From the NCBI GenBank assembly GCA_963727505.1, contig CAVSGP010000004.1, positions 32,001 through 96,000 of the forward strand: a DNA stretch of 64,000 nt, in the 5' to 3' direction. The translations under genes were made by a program, and so were the position numbers. Source of the stretch: an uncultured Trueperaceae bacterium (GTDB lineage: Bacteria; Deinococcota; Deinococci; Deinococcales; Trueperaceae). Under the pieces are notes generated by a model. It ran no database searches. It saw only the letters and a list, made by a program, of their open reading frames with translations, and was not told the origin of the DNA. Of this stretch, positions 1-11,851 are shown piece by piece (the first letter of the stretch is position 1; each line of letters opens with the position of its first letter).

Positions 1-1333
1 TGAGGCCGTACATGGTGGCGTTGCCGAGCTCGAGCGCGTGATCGAAGTCGCGCGCCTTCATCACCGACACCACCGGCCCGAAGATCTCCTCGCAGGCGAT
101 GGTCGCGCTCTGCGGCACGTCGGCGAACACGGTCGGCTGGATGTAGTACCCCTTGCCCTCGGCCGCGCCGCCCCCGAGCACCAGGCGTGCCTCCTGCTTG
201 CCGGTGTCGATGTACGCCAGGATCTTGTCGTACTGCTTCTTGTTGATCACGGCGGCCACGTCGGCGTTCTGCTCGGCCGGCCCCACCCGGAGCGCGCGTG
301 CGCGCTCGAGGAACTTCTCCAGCAGTTCGTCGTACACGGCCTCGACGACGATGAGGCGGCTCATGGCCGAGCACTTCTGGCCCTGGAACCCGAACGCGCC
401 GGCGACGGCGGCGTCCGCGGCGAGGTCCAGGTCCGCGGTCTCGTCGACGATCATCGCGTCCTTGCCGCCCATCTCGGTGAACACCCTCTTGAGCCAGTTC
501 TGCCCCGGATGCACCTTGGCGGCGCGCTCGTTGATGCGCATGCCGGTCGCCACCGACCCGGTGAAGTTGATGAAGCGGGTACGAGGATCATCGACAAGGG
601 CGTCACCGAGATCGGCATCCTCGCCGGTCAGGAGGTTGATCACGCCCGGCGGGAAGCCGGCCTCGTCGACGCACTCCATGAACTTCTGCGCGATGATCGG
701 CGTCGAAGGTGACGGCTTGAGGATGACGGTGTTGCCCACGACCACCGGGCCGACGGTGGTGCCGACCAGGATCGCGAGCAGGAAGTTCCAGGGGGGGATG
801 ACCACGCCCACCCCGAGAGCCCTCAAGTGGCTGGTGTTCTCCTCGCCGGGATGGTCGTAGGTGGGGAGCGGGCCCGCCAGCTTCAACGACTGCCGCGCGT
901 AGTACTCGCAGAAGTCGATGGCTTCCGCCACGTCGGCGATGGCCTCGAGGTAGTTCTTGCCCGCCTCGAAGACCTCCCAGGCGGCCAGCTCGTCGCGGCG
1001 TCGACGCAGCACGGCGGCAAGCTTCACCAGCGTGCGTGCGCGATGCGCCATCGGCAACCGTGACCAGGTCTTGAAGGCCTCCTGAGCGGCCGACATGGCG
1101 CGCTCGATCTCGGGGCCCTTCCCCTTGGCGCTGCGGCCCACGACGCGGTCCGGATCGCAGGGATCGACGGAGGTGAGGTACTCCCCGGTGTCGACGCGCT
1201 CGCCGCCGATCACGAGCGGGTAGTCACGCCCGAGCTGGGAGCGCACCGTGTCCAACGTGCGCTCGAACGCCTGACGGGTGGCGGCGTCGGAGAAGTCCAG
1301 GTAGGGTTCGGTCTCGTAGGGTTCGAACAACAT
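1..1333 (-). CDS. pruA: L-glutamate gamma-semialdehyde (P5C) dehydrogenase, 3' end outside window
   Basis: Not in the ORF track. Manual translation from ATG 1333 (SD AAGGAG) gives MLFEPYETEPYLDFSD..., with aldehyde dehydrogenase motifs EMGGKD and GFQGQKCSA. Follows proline dehydrogenase. Confidence 0.92.
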   Translation of the reverse strand, partial: MLFEPYETEPYLDFSDAATRQAFERTLDTVRSQLGRDYPLVIGGERVDTGEYLTSVDPCDPDRVVGRSAKGKGPEIERAMSAAQEAFKTWSRLPMAHRARTLVKLAAVLRRRRDELAAWEVFEAGKNYLEAIADVAEAIDFCEYYARQSLKLAGPLPTYDHPGEENTSHLRALGVGVVIPPWNFLLAILVGTTVGPVVVGNTVILKPSPSTPIIAQKFMECVDEAGFPPGVINLLTGEDADLGDALVDDPRTRFINFTGSVATGMRINERAAKVHPGQNWLKRVFTEMGGKDAMIVDETADLDLAADAAVAGAFGFQGQKCSAMSRLIVVEAVYDELLEKFLERARALRVGPAEQNADVAAVINKKQYDKILAYIDTGKQEARLVLGGGAAEGKGYYIQPTVFADVPQSATIACEEIFGPVVSVMKARDFDHALELGNATMYGL

Positions 1334-1365
1334 TGCGGTGTACTCCTTGTCTGGATGCCCTGGGC

Positions 1366-2295
1366 TCAGCCCGCGATGCCGCGTAGCACGAACGCGAGGT
1401 TGGCGGGGCGTTCGGCGAGGCGGCGACTGAAGTAACCGTACCAGTCCTCCCCGAACGGCACGTACACCCGGAGCGGGTGCCCTTCGCGGACGAGCCGGTC
1501 CTGCAGATTCGGCTTCACCCCGTACAGGAGCTGGAACTCGTAGCGCGCGCGGTCGAGGCCCGCACCTCGCACGAAGGCCGCGACCTCGCCGAGGATCCTC
1601 TCGTCGTGGGTGCCCACGTTCACCTTGCCGCCGACCTCCAGGGCGCGGTAGGTGAGCTCGCGGTAGGCGCGCTCGACGTCCGCCTTGCCCTGGTAAGCGA
1701 CCTCCCTCGGCTCGTTGTACGCCCCTTTCACGATGCGCAGGTCGGGCGCAGGGGAGAGCGCCAGGAGGCGCTCCAGGTCGTCGGGGGTGCGGTAGAGGTA
1801 GCTCTGCAAGACGGTCGAGACGTCCTGCCGTCCCGCGGCCCAGAGCCGTTCGAACAGCGTCAGGGTGGCGTCGACGTAGCTGCTGCTCTCCATGTCCAGG
1901 CACAGGTGCCCGCCGTGGCGCGCCGCTGCCTCGGCGAGACCGGTCGCCAGCTCGAAAGCGAGATCGGCATCGATGCCGAGCCCGAGCTGGGTGGGCTTGG
2001 CGCTGAAGTAGGGCTCGAGCCCGAAGCCGGCTGCGGCCTCGAGCGCGGCCAGGATCCGGGCGGCTGCCTGCCGGGCGGCCGCCTCGTCGCTCACGAACTC
2101 GCCGAGAACGTCGAGGACGATGCCCTTGCCGGAGCTCTCGATCGCTCGCAGGTGGGGCAGGGCGGACTCCAGCGATTCGCCTGCGACGAAACGCCCCACG
2201 CCCAGCCGCCACCCGGCCCGGGTGATGAAGCCGCGTACCAGCGGAGCGTCCGACACCGCCAGCATGGTGCGGCGGTAGACACCGTCGAGGGTCAC
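1366..2295 (-). CDS. Monofunctional proline dehydrogenase
   Basis: Motifs RFVAGE, DMES, RIVKGAY, FQLLYG and YVPFGEDWYGYFSRRLAERPAN. Start trimmed to GTG 2295 (~309 aa). Confidence 0.92.
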   Translation of the reverse strand: MTLDGVYRRTMLAVSDAPLVRGFITRAGWRLGVGRFVAGESLESALPHLRAIESSGKGIVLDVLGEFVSDEAAARQAAARILAALEAAAGFGLEPYFSAKPTQLGLGIDADLAFELATGLAEAAARHGGHLCLDMESSSYVDATLTLFERLWAAGRQDVSTVLQSYLYRTPDDLERLLALSPAPDLRIVKGAYNEPREVAYQGKADVERAYRELTYRALEVGGKVNVGTHDERILGEVAAFVRGAGLDRARYEFQLLYGVKPNLQDRLVREGHPLRVYVPFGEDWYGYFSRRLAERPANLAFVLRGIAG

Positions 2296-2417
2296 GATCG
2301 GCCTCGCTTCAAGGAGGAAGAAAACGGTCGTCCGTTCACGCGTCACTGTACCGCCGCCCGCCCCGGCATCGATCCTGCTCCAGAGCACCTTGCGTACTCG
2401 CCGGGGAAGGACACACG

Positions 2418-2446
2418 TTGACAGGGCCGGGCCGTCGCCGTAGGGT
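2418..2446 (+). promoter_or_regulatory. Sigma70-type promoter of the liv operon
   Basis: TTGACA-17 bp-TAGGGT upstream of the binding-protein gene. Confidence 0.65.
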
Positions 2447-2566
2447 ACCGCTGTTGTTCCAAGTCGGTTCTTGTGCTCGCCCGTGGGGGCGACAGGTTCG
2501 TTCATGGGGGTGGCTCGATGCCGCCCGCTCTCGGCGGCGCAGAGCCGAGGGGGAATGGGAGGATGC

Positions 2567-3709
2567 ATGTCCAGGAAGTTGATCGTTTCGGTCCTGGTAG
2601 CGCTGACATTGGCGTTCGCGGCGAGCGCCGTGTTCGCCGCCGATCCCATCGTGATCGGCGTGCAGGCGCCGATCACGGGCCAGTACGCCAACGAAGGGCA
2701 GGGCATCGACAAGGGCGTCAAGTTGATCGCCAAGCAGATCAACGACCAGGGCGGCTTGCTGGGCCGTACGATCGAAGTCAAGACCTGCGACGACGGCGGC
2801 CAGGCGTCGCAGGCCGCCATCTGTGCCCGTCAACTCGTCAACGACGGTGTTCTCGCAGTGATCGGCACCTACACCAGCGGCGCCGCGCTGGCGGCCGAGC
2901 CTATCTACGCCCGGGCCAACGTCATCCAGACCTCGGACGGCACCAGCGACCAGCTGACTGCGGGCGGATACAAGACCTTCTTCCGCAACGCCCCGCCCAA
3001 CAGCGCGGAGGCGAAGTTCACGGCCGCGTACCTGGTGAACGGCAAGAAGTTCCAGCGCATCGCCGTGCTGGCCGACCACTCCAGCTTCGCCAAGGGGCTC
3101 TCCGATGCGGTCGTCCAGGCCGTCAAGGACGATGGCGGCAACCTCGTGTACACGGGCTTCATCACTGCCGGATCGCAGGACTACACGGCGGTGCTCACCA
3201 AGATCAAGTCGGTGAACCCGGACGTGCTCTACTTCTCCGGCTACTACCCCGACGGCGGGCTCATCCGCGCCCAGATGAAGCAGCTCGACATGGGCGCTAC
3301 GTTCGTCGGTGGCGACGCCAACCAGAACGTTGCGTTCGCCAAGATCGCCGGGAACGCCGCTCAGGGCGCGATCATCATCAACGTGCCCTCGCCCGACAAC
3401 CTGCCCTATCCCGAAGCCAAGCAGTTCCTGGCCGACTACAAGGCGGCCTACGGGCAGGAGCCGCCCAGCATCTACACCCTCACGAACGCCGACGGCTTCC
3501 GTGCCGTGATCGCCGCGGTGAAGGCCACGCAGAGCACCGACCCAGCGAAGCTCATCGACTGGTTGCACAACCTGAAGGACTTCCAGGGACTGACCGGGAC
3601 GTTCTCGTGGGACAAGACCGGGGAGCGCATCGGCAGCCCGTTCACGGCGTTCGAGATCCAGGCCGACGGTTCGTACAAGATCGTCTATCCGGAGTCGGCC
3701 ACGCAGTAA
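2567..3709 (+). CDS. livK: Branched-chain amino acid ABC transporter substrate-binding protein
   Basis: Signal peptide MSRKLIVSVLVALTLAFAASAVFA, SD GGGAGG, LIV-BP-like sequence, upstream of livHMGF. Confidence 0.85.
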   Translation: MSRKLIVSVLVALTLAFAASAVFAADPIVIGVQAPITGQYANEGQGIDKGVKLIAKQINDQGGLLGRTIEVKTCDDGGQASQAAICARQLVNDGVLAVIGTYTSGAALAAEPIYARANVIQTSDGTSDQLTAGGYKTFFRNAPPNSAEAKFTAAYLVNGKKFQRIAVLADHSSFAKGLSDAVVQAVKDDGGNLVYTGFITAGSQDYTAVLTKIKSVNPDVLYFSGYYPDGGLIRAQMKQLDMGATFVGGDANQNVAFAKIAGNAAQGAIIINVPSPDNLPYPEAKQFLADYKAAYGQEPPSIYTLTNADGFRAVIAAVKATQSTDPAKLIDWLHNLKDFQGLTGTFSWDKTGERIGSPFTAFEIQADGSYKIVYPESATQ

Positions 3710-3747
3710 TGGCCGGCCTGCGTCCGCGGCGCGGGCGCTAGGGCTCC

Positions 3748-4650
3748 ATGGACGTCGTCCTGCAGCAATTCATCAACGGTGTGACCGTGGGCGGTTTCTA
3801 CGCACTGATCGCCCTCGGTTACACCATGGTCTATGGGGTGTTGAAGCTCATCAACTTCGCGCACGGCGACCTGAGCATCCTGGCGGCCTTCATCGGGTTG
3901 ACGGTCCTGACCAGCGGCATCGGCGGCGCCAACGCCGGCGCCCTCTTGCTGGCCGCGGCCTTCATCGTGGCCGCGGTCGCCGTCGGCATCGCGGGCGCCG
4001 TGCTGGAGTTCACGGCGTACCGCCCCCTGCGCAAGGCACCCAGATTGTCCGCGGTGGTGTCGGCGCTGGGCGCGTCGATGCTGATCGAGAACGGCATCAT
4101 GTTGATCTGGGGCCCGGAGGTCAAGGTGTTCCCGGCGAACCTCCTGCCGGATCTCAAGTGGAAGATCGGGAGCGCGTCGATCAGCTTCGTGCAGGTGGTG
4201 ATCATCCTGGGCTCGCTGCTGCTCATGGCCGGCCTGTACTTCTACGTGCATCACACCCGCTTCGGCACCGCCATCCGGGCCGCCGCGATCGATCAGGACG
4301 CCGCCAGGCTCATGGGCATCAATGTCAACCGGGTGATCGCCAGCGTGTTCGTGGTCGGCCCGGCACTGGGCGCGGTGGGCGGCCTGTTCATCGGCCTGTA
4401 CTACCGTGAGGCCTACTTCAACATGGGCTGGATCTACGGCCTGAACGCCTTCATCGCCGCGATCATCGGGGGCATCGGGAACATCCCGGGCGCCATGCTC
4501 GGCGGCCTGCTACTGGGGCTGTTCAACGCCTTCGCGGCGGGCTACGTCTCCAGCTCCTGGCAGGAGGCCATCACCTTCGCGCTGCTCATCGCCATCCTGC
4601 TGGTGCGGCCTACCGGCATCCTGGGCGAGCGCGTGGCGGAGAAGGTATGA
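3748..4650 (+). CDS. livH: Branched-chain amino acid ABC transporter permease
   Basis: YALIALGYTMVYGVLKLINFAHGD; GGIGNIPGAMLGG. Confidence 0.92.
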   Translation: MDVVLQQFINGVTVGGFYALIALGYTMVYGVLKLINFAHGDLSILAAFIGLTVLTSGIGGANAGALLLAAAFIVAAVAVGIAGAVLEFTAYRPLRKAPRLSAVVSALGASMLIENGIMLIWGPEVKVFPANLLPDLKWKIGSASISFVQVVIILGSLLLMAGLYFYVHHTRFGTAIRAAAIDQDAARLMGINVNRVIASVFVVGPALGAVGGLFIGLYYREAYFNMGWIYGLNAFIAAIIGGIGNIPGAMLGGLLLGLFNAFAAGYVSSSWQEAITFALLIAILLVRPTGILGERVAEKV

Positions 4651-4688
4651 GCGCGCCCGTGTCCGCCGGCCCGGGGAACTCCTAGCTC

Positions 4689-5629
4689 ATGGTCGCTCCT
4701 CGATCGACAGCGCTCGGCCGGGCGCGACGCGCGCTCGGACCGCTTCTCTGGCTGCTCGGCCTGCTGGTGCCTGTCCTGCTGAACGGTAGCTGGATCAGCA
4801 TCCTGGCGATCTTCGCGATCTACGCCGTGGTCGCGTTGTCGCAGGACATCGTGCTGGGGCGCGCCGGCATGTACGACATGGGACACGCGGTGTACTTCGG
4901 GGTGGGCGCGTACGTCACCGCCATCCTCAACACTCGGCTCGGCTGGCCGATCTTCGCCACCTGGCCGGTCGCCATCGTGGTGGCGGCGTTGGTCGGGGTC
5001 GTGCTTTCGGCCCCAATCGTGAGGCTCCGCGGCGACTATTTGCTGGTCGCCACCATCGGCTTCAACATCATCTTCGTGCTGGCCCTCGGGAACAACGTTG
5101 GTGACGTCACCGGCGGCCCCGACGGCATCTTCGGGGTCGGCGTGCCCCATCTCTTCGGAACGGCGCTTTCCAGCCAGGGTGCACTGTTCTACCTGGACTG
5201 GCTGGCGCTGGCGGCCGTGCTGCTGCTCATGCGCAACCTCGAGCGCTCGCGGATCGGGCGCGTGTTCCGCTATCTCAAGGAGGACGAGCTCGCCGCCACC
5301 ACATTGGGGGTCAACGCCCGCTATTACAAGATCCTGGCGTTCGCGATCGGCGCAGGCGTGGCCGGAGCCGCGGGAACGCTGTTCGCCGTCCAGCTCGCCA
5401 GCGTGAGCCCGGGATCGTTCGTGTTCACCGAATCGGTGACGCTCTTCGCCATCGTGCTCGTCGGTGGCCAGGCGTCCATCCCCGGCGTGCTGCTGGGGAC
5501 GGTGCTGATGTTCGTGGTGCCGCAGGTGTTCCGCGGGCTGGCGCAGTACCGCTACCTCGTCTTCGGCTTCGCGATGATCGTGGTGATGGTGTTGCGGCCC
5601 CAGGGGATCTGGCCCCGCGGGAGGGCACG

Positions 5630-5633
<4 letters not shown>
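4689..5633 (+). CDS. livM: Branched-chain amino acid ABC transporter permease
   Basis: RLRGDYL, TGGPDGI and RPQGI motifs. Confidence 0.9.
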
Positions 5634-7134
<1,501 letters not shown>

Positions 7135-7288
7135 ACGGCCGCCGACGGGGACTGCTTCGGGGCCGCCGCAACCCTCCTTGCAGCCCTCCCCGAGGCGAGT
7201 AAAACTTCGAACAGTGACTCCAGGGCGCACTTGCTACCCTTCCATTGACGGTCCCAGGAAGCGTTGGGGGCGGGGCCAAGAGGTCCTG

Positions 7289-7354
7289 ATGACGATAACG
7301 TTCAACCCTACTCAGACGGTTTTGGGCGCGCTCCCTCGAGAGGCGCGCGGGTGA
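7289..7354 (+). CDS. Putative 21-aa upstream ORF (MTITFNPTQTVLGALPREARG)
   Basis: SD AAGAGG 5 nt before ATG; its TGA overlaps the next gene's GTG (GTGA). Confidence 0.35.
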   Translation: MTITFNPTQTVLGALPREARG

Positions 7355-7926
7355 AACTCTTCTTCGTCCGACACGGTGAGCCGGATTGGAACCTGGTAGA
7401 GATGCGCGGCGCCCGAGGCTGGGCCAAGGACTTCGCTCCGCTCACGCCACTGGGCCGGTTGCAGATCGACACCATCACCGGAGACTTCCGCTTGCAGGAG
7501 GCCGACGCCATCCTGTGCAGCACCTTCACGCGGGCGCTGGAGTCGGGAGCGCTGCTCAGTCGCGCCCTGAACAAGCCGCTGTTCGTCGAGTACGACCTGC
7601 ATGAGTGGCTCCCCCAGAAGGACCCTCTCGCCGACGTGGACGAGCATCTCCTCGAACGCGCCCAGCAGACGCTCTCCGGCACGCGGCCCGAGGATCCCTC
7701 CGCGCCCTGGGAGAGCCTCCATGAGGTCCGCGACCGCGTGCTCACGGTGCTGAAGCGCTACCGTCGGTTCGAGAGCGTCGTGGTCGTCACGCACGGCGTC
7801 GTCATCGGCAGCCTGGTGGGGATGCGGCGGCTGGTGGACCACGCCGAGATCGTGCCCTTCGAGATCGATCTCGAGCACCCCGGACCCGCCCCGACGGTTG
7901 CCGACCACACCGTTCCCACCCACTGA
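7351..7926 (+). CDS. Histidine phosphatase family protein
   Basis: RHGE motif at the N-terminus and VVTHG motif; start at GTG 7351. Confidence 0.88.
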   Translation: MKLFFVRHGEPDWNLVEMRGARGWAKDFAPLTPLGRLQIDTITGDFRLQEADAILCSTFTRALESGALLSRALNKPLFVEYDLHEWLPQKDPLADVDEHLLERAQQTLSGTRPEDPSAPWESLHEVRDRVLTVLKRYRRFESVVVVTHGVVIGSLVGMRRLVDHAEIVPFEIDLEHPGPAPTVADHTVPTH

Positions 7927-7982
7927 GCCAGGGCCGTCCGGGACCCGCCCCAAGCTGCGGTTGCGCGCGCTATCCTGGCGCG

Positions 7983-8594
7983 GTGACGCGCACACCGTTC
8001 ACCATCCTGGAGGGGCCCCTGGTGCGGCTGCGGCCGCTTGAAGAGCGCGACGTGGAGCCGCTCACCGCGATCGCCCTGGCGCACCCTCACGAATACCGGC
8101 TGACCTCGACGCCGGCAACGCCCGAGCAGGCCGAGGCGTACTTCGCGCGCGCCTTCCGTGAGATGGCGGAGGGAACGTCGCTGGTGGCGGCAGTCGAGGA
8201 GCAGCCCTCGGGCCGGCTGCTGGGCAGCACACGGCTGACCGAGATCGACCCGCGCCACCGGCGCTGCGAGCTGGGCTACACCTGGTACCGGCCCGACGTT
8301 TTCAACAGCGGCGTGAACGTCGACTGCAAGCGCCTCATGCTGGGACATGCCTTCGATACGCTCGACCTGATCCGCGTCCAGATCCACACCGACATCCGTA
8401 ACGTGCGCTCTCAACGGGCCATTCGTGCCCTCGGTGCGCGCTACGAAGGCGTGTTGCGACGCCATATGATCGCCAAGGACGGAGAGATCCGCGACACCAT
8501 GGTCTTCGCGGTCACCGACGAGGACTGGCCTCACGTCCGGACGCGGCTCGACGATCGCCTGGCCCGGCGCCTGCAGGGCCCCGCGCGCGCCTGA
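7983..8594 (+). CDS. GNAT family (RimJ/RimL-like) N-acetyltransferase
   Basis: ELGYTW, NVRSQRAIRALGARYEGVLR; leaderless -10 TATCCT at 7971-7976. Confidence 0.88.
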   Translation: MTRTPFTILEGPLVRLRPLEERDVEPLTAIALAHPHEYRLTSTPATPEQAEAYFARAFREMAEGTSLVAAVEEQPSGRLLGSTRLTEIDPRHRRCELGYTWYRPDVFNSGVNVDCKRLMLGHAFDTLDLIRVQIHTDIRNVRSQRAIRALGARYEGVLRRHMIAKDGEIRDTMVFAVTDEDWPHVRTRLDDRLARRLQGPARA

Positions 8595-8606
8595 ACATGG
8601 GCGAAG

Positions 8607-9317
8607 TCAGCGCACGCCGTGCAGGATCTCGGCCAGCGCTTCCGCGTCGGTGATGAACACCTCTTTGGGTCGCGTCTCGATGACACCTTCCGCCTCGAGC
8701 GCCTTGAGGGCGCGCGTGACGGTCTCGCGGCTGGTGCCGGCCAGACTCGCAAGCTCCTGATGGGTGAGGCGCACCAACGCGCGCTGCTCGTCGATCTCCA
8801 CCACCCCTCCCCGGTAGAGCCTGAGCAACACGTACGCCACGCGCCCCTGTGCGTCCTTGTACGAGAGGATCTGCGACTCGTCGTCCATGCCACGAAGCCG
8901 GCTCGCCAGGGTGGTCGTGAGGTTGAGGCTGATGGCAGGGTAGTCGGCCAGCAACTTCCGGAAATCGTCGTTGAACAGGAGGTAGGAGGTGACCTCGTTG
9001 AGCGTCAGGGCGGTTGCGCTGCGCGTCGACTCTCCCAGCAGCGCCATCTCTCCGAAGAACTCGGGGGGCTGCAGGATCGCCAGCGTCTTCTCGTGACCGC
9101 CGAGGTCGATCTTCGAGAGTTTCACCTGCCCGGCACGCAGGATGTAGAGGGCTTCGCCCTTGTCGCCTTCCTGGAAGACCGTGATGCCCGCTTCGTAAAC
9201 GCGGCGCCGCACCGCAGTCGCCGCGATCGCGAGGGCGCGGTCGGGTGCGCCGCGGAACAGCGGTACGTCGCGTAGGAAGGCCATCAAGACCTCCGAACCG
9301 TTCTCGTCTACAGCCAT
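8607..9317 (-). CDS. Crp/Fnr family transcriptional regulator
   Basis: cNMP pocket GEMALL...RSATA; HTH LTHQELASLAGTSRETVTR; start ATG 9317 with SD GGAGG. Confidence 0.92.
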   Translation of the reverse strand: MAVDENGSEVLMAFLRDVPLFRGAPDRALAIAATAVRRRVYEAGITVFQEGDKGEALYILRAGQVKLSKIDLGGHEKTLAILQPPEFFGEMALLGESTRSATALTLNEVTSYLLFNDDFRKLLADYPAISLNLTTTLASRLRGMDDESQILSYKDAQGRVAYVLLRLYRGGVVEIDEQRALVRLTHQELASLAGTSRETVTRALKALEAEGVIETRPKEVFITDAEALAEILHGVR

Positions 9318-9444
9318 CGATCCCTCCGGTGCCGCCGACCCATCACGCGTGCGCGGACGGGTCGCAGTTTCCGTGCCGGCGTGCGCGCCGGTTTCCAGGC
9401 GCGGGCGCCCTCGTGACCTACAAACCGTACCGTATAGTACCCCC

Positions 9445-10125
9445 GTGTCCGCCGTGCTGGAATGCCGCGCGCTGACCCGACGGTACCCAGGCCCCAACGG
9501 CGGTGTCGAGGTGCTGAGTGGGGCGAGCCTGCGTGTCGACCCCGGCGAGGTGGTCGCCGTGCTCGGTCCCAGCGGATCGGGCAAGAGCACCCTCATCCAC
9601 CTGCTGGCCGGCCTCGACCAGTCCGACGCCGGCGAGGTGTGGTGGGGCGATCTGGCGGTCCACGAGCGCAGGCCGCAAGCGCTGGCGACGCAGCGCGCGC
9701 GGACGCTGGGGCTGGTCTTCCAGAACCACTATCTGTTGAAGGACCTGAGTCTGCTCGAGAACGTCATGCTCCCCGGCCGCATCCTGGGAGAGGTGGACGA
9801 GGCCCGTGCTCGTGCGCTGCTGGCGCGCGTCGGGCTCGAGGCGAGGCAGGGAGCCGTGCCGGGACGGGTCTCGGGCGGCGAGCGCCAGCGCGCGGCTGTG
9901 GCCCGTGCCCTGGCGCTGAGACCGCGGCTGTTGCTCGCCGACGAGCCCACCGGAAGCCTCGACCGCAAGAACGCACGTGCCGTGTTCGAGCTGCTGCTGG
10001 AGTTGGCACGCGAGCGCGACGCCGCGGTCGTGATGGTGACCCACGACGAGGAGCTGGTGCGCTCGGTCGAGCGCCGCTACCGTCTGGCGGGCGGTCGACT
10101 CGAGCCGGTCTCTGCAACCGGTTGA
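9445..10125 (+). CDS. LolD-like ABC transporter ATP-binding protein
   Basis: GPSGSGKST, SGGERQR, ADEPTGSLD, VTHD; GTG 6 nt after TATAGT. Confidence 0.88.
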   Translation: MSAVLECRALTRRYPGPNGGVEVLSGASLRVDPGEVVAVLGPSGSGKSTLIHLLAGLDQSDAGEVWWGDLAVHERRPQALATQRARTLGLVFQNHYLLKDLSLLENVMLPGRILGEVDEARARALLARVGLEARQGAVPGRVSGGERQRAAVARALALRPRLLLADEPTGSLDRKNARAVFELLLELARERDAAVVMVTHDEELVRSVERRYRLAGGRLEPVSATG

Positions 10126-10267
10126 GATCCTTCTGCGACGGCGCCTCGGCCCGAAATGCCAAGCGAAATGCTAAGATCGCGCCAACGCAGGCAAGAACGC
10201 GTCGTCCTAAAAGTTGATCCGAGGGGACGGGCGGCCTGTAACAACACGACCTACTTAGGAGGTGGGT

Positions 10268-11845
10268 ATGAAGAGATTGGCCATGTTGGTGGCTGTGGCT
10301 CTGCTGACCCTAGCCGGGTTCGCGGGCGCCCAGACCCTTGTGTACGGCGAGAGCGGCCTTCCGGTATCGCTCGATCTTCCCCAGGACGGCAACTCCCTGT
10401 CGGTGCAATACCAGATCGCCCAGCCGCTGGTCGGGTTCAAGCCGTCGAGCTCCGAGGTCATGCCGCTGCTGGCCACGAGCTGGGAGGCGAACGCCGACGC
10501 CACGCAGTGGACGTTCCACCTGCGCCAGGGCGTGCAGTTCACCGACGGCACACCGTTCAACGCCGAAGCGGTGAAGTTCAACTTCGACCGCTGGAACCAC
10601 CGCGACAACCCGTACGCCTTCGCGGACCAGAAGAACTTCGCGGCCTGGACGTACATCTTCGCGGCGTTCTACGGCGAGCAGGGCTACCTGCTGGAGAAGG
10701 TCGAGGTCCTCGACGACTCCACCGTGCGCTTCGACCTGACCTCGCCGGTCGGCTTCTTCCCGGCCCTGGTCGCGTCGAGCTACTTCGGCATCCATAGCCC
10801 CGCGGCCATCAAGAAGGCGGGCGTGGATTACGGCACGCCCGGTGTGGGCGCGGTCGGCACGGGCCCCTTCAAGTTCCAGGAGTGGGTGCAGGGCGACCAC
10901 GTGACGCTGGTGCGCAACGACGCCTACTGGGGTGACAACGCCAAGGTCGAACGCATCGTGTTCCGCGGCATCGAATCGGCAGCCACGCGTCTCGCCGAAC
11001 TGGAGGCGGGCACGCTGGACATCGCGGTCAACCTGTCACCCGACGATCTCAAGGCGGTGGAGGGCAACTCCGACCTCAAGCGGGCAACGGCTTCGGCCAA
11101 CCTGAGCGTGGGCTACGTCGGCATCCATCAGGCCAACAAGCCCTTCGACGACGTGCGCGTACGTCAGGCGGTCGCGCTGGCGATCGACCAGAAGACCATC
11201 GTCGACGCGTTCTGGAGCGGCCTGGGAACGCCGGCCGCCGAGTTCATCCCGCCGGGCCTGATCGGCCGCGCCAACTTCGAGCCGTACGCCTACGACCCGG
11301 CCAAGGCCAAGGAACTCCTCAAGGAGGCCGGCTACCCGAACGGCTTCAAGACGGAGTTCTGGTACATGCCGGTGTCGCGGCCGTACTTCCCCTCGCCCAA
11401 GGACATCGCCGAGGCGGTGGCCGGCTACCTGTCGCAGGTAGGCATCCAGGCGGAACTCCATACCGAGGACTGGGGCATCTACCTCAAGGACTACGACGAG
11501 GGCAAGTTCCCCATGTACATGCTGGGCTGGAGCGCCGATTACGCTGACCCCAACAACTTCATCTTCACGTTCTTCAGCCCCACCGAGATCAAGAACGGTT
11601 TCGGCTGGACCGGAACGAGCGCGGACGAAGTGGTCAAGCTCCTCAGCGACGCGCGTCAGGCAGCCAGTGAGACCGAGCGCGTGACCTACTACAAGCAGGC
11701 CGACAAGATCATCTACGATCAGGTCCCGGCCATGCCGATGGTCTACCCGACCACGCTGAACGCCACCCGCGCCAATATCGACGGGTTCCTTCCGAACCCG
11801 CTCGGCACGACGAGCATCCAGCTCAACGAGGTCACCAAGAACTAA
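10268..11845 (+). CDS. Peptide ABC transporter substrate-binding protein (family 5)
   Basis: Signal peptide, GTGPFKF, AYDPAKAKELLKEAG, WYMPVSRPY; SD AGGAGG. Confidence 0.9.
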   Translation: MKRLAMLVAVALLTLAGFAGAQTLVYGESGLPVSLDLPQDGNSLSVQYQIAQPLVGFKPSSSEVMPLLATSWEANADATQWTFHLRQGVQFTDGTPFNAEAVKFNFDRWNHRDNPYAFADQKNFAAWTYIFAAFYGEQGYLLEKVEVLDDSTVRFDLTSPVGFFPALVASSYFGIHSPAAIKKAGVDYGTPGVGAVGTGPFKFQEWVQGDHVTLVRNDAYWGDNAKVERIVFRGIESAATRLAELEAGTLDIAVNLSPDDLKAVEGNSDLKRATASANLSVGYVGIHQANKPFDDVRVRQAVALAIDQKTIVDAFWSGLGTPAAEFIPPGLIGRANFEPYAYDPAKAKELLKEAGYPNGFKTEFWYMPVSRPYFPSPKDIAEAVAGYLSQVGIQAELHTEDWGIYLKDYDEGKFPMYMLGWSADYADPNNFIFTFFSPTEIKNGFGWTGTSADEVVKLLSDARQAASETERVTYYKQADKIIYDQVPAMPMVYPTTLNATRANIDGFLPNPLGTTSIQLNEVTKN

Positions 11846-11851
11846 GGTCCC

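Noticed and set aside
38..1063. + strand ORFs of 224, 235 and 78 aa
   Set aside because: Antisense shadows of pruA
7286..7292. CTGATGA hammerhead or fluoride-riboswitch-like core
   Set aside because: No GAAA partner or required stems
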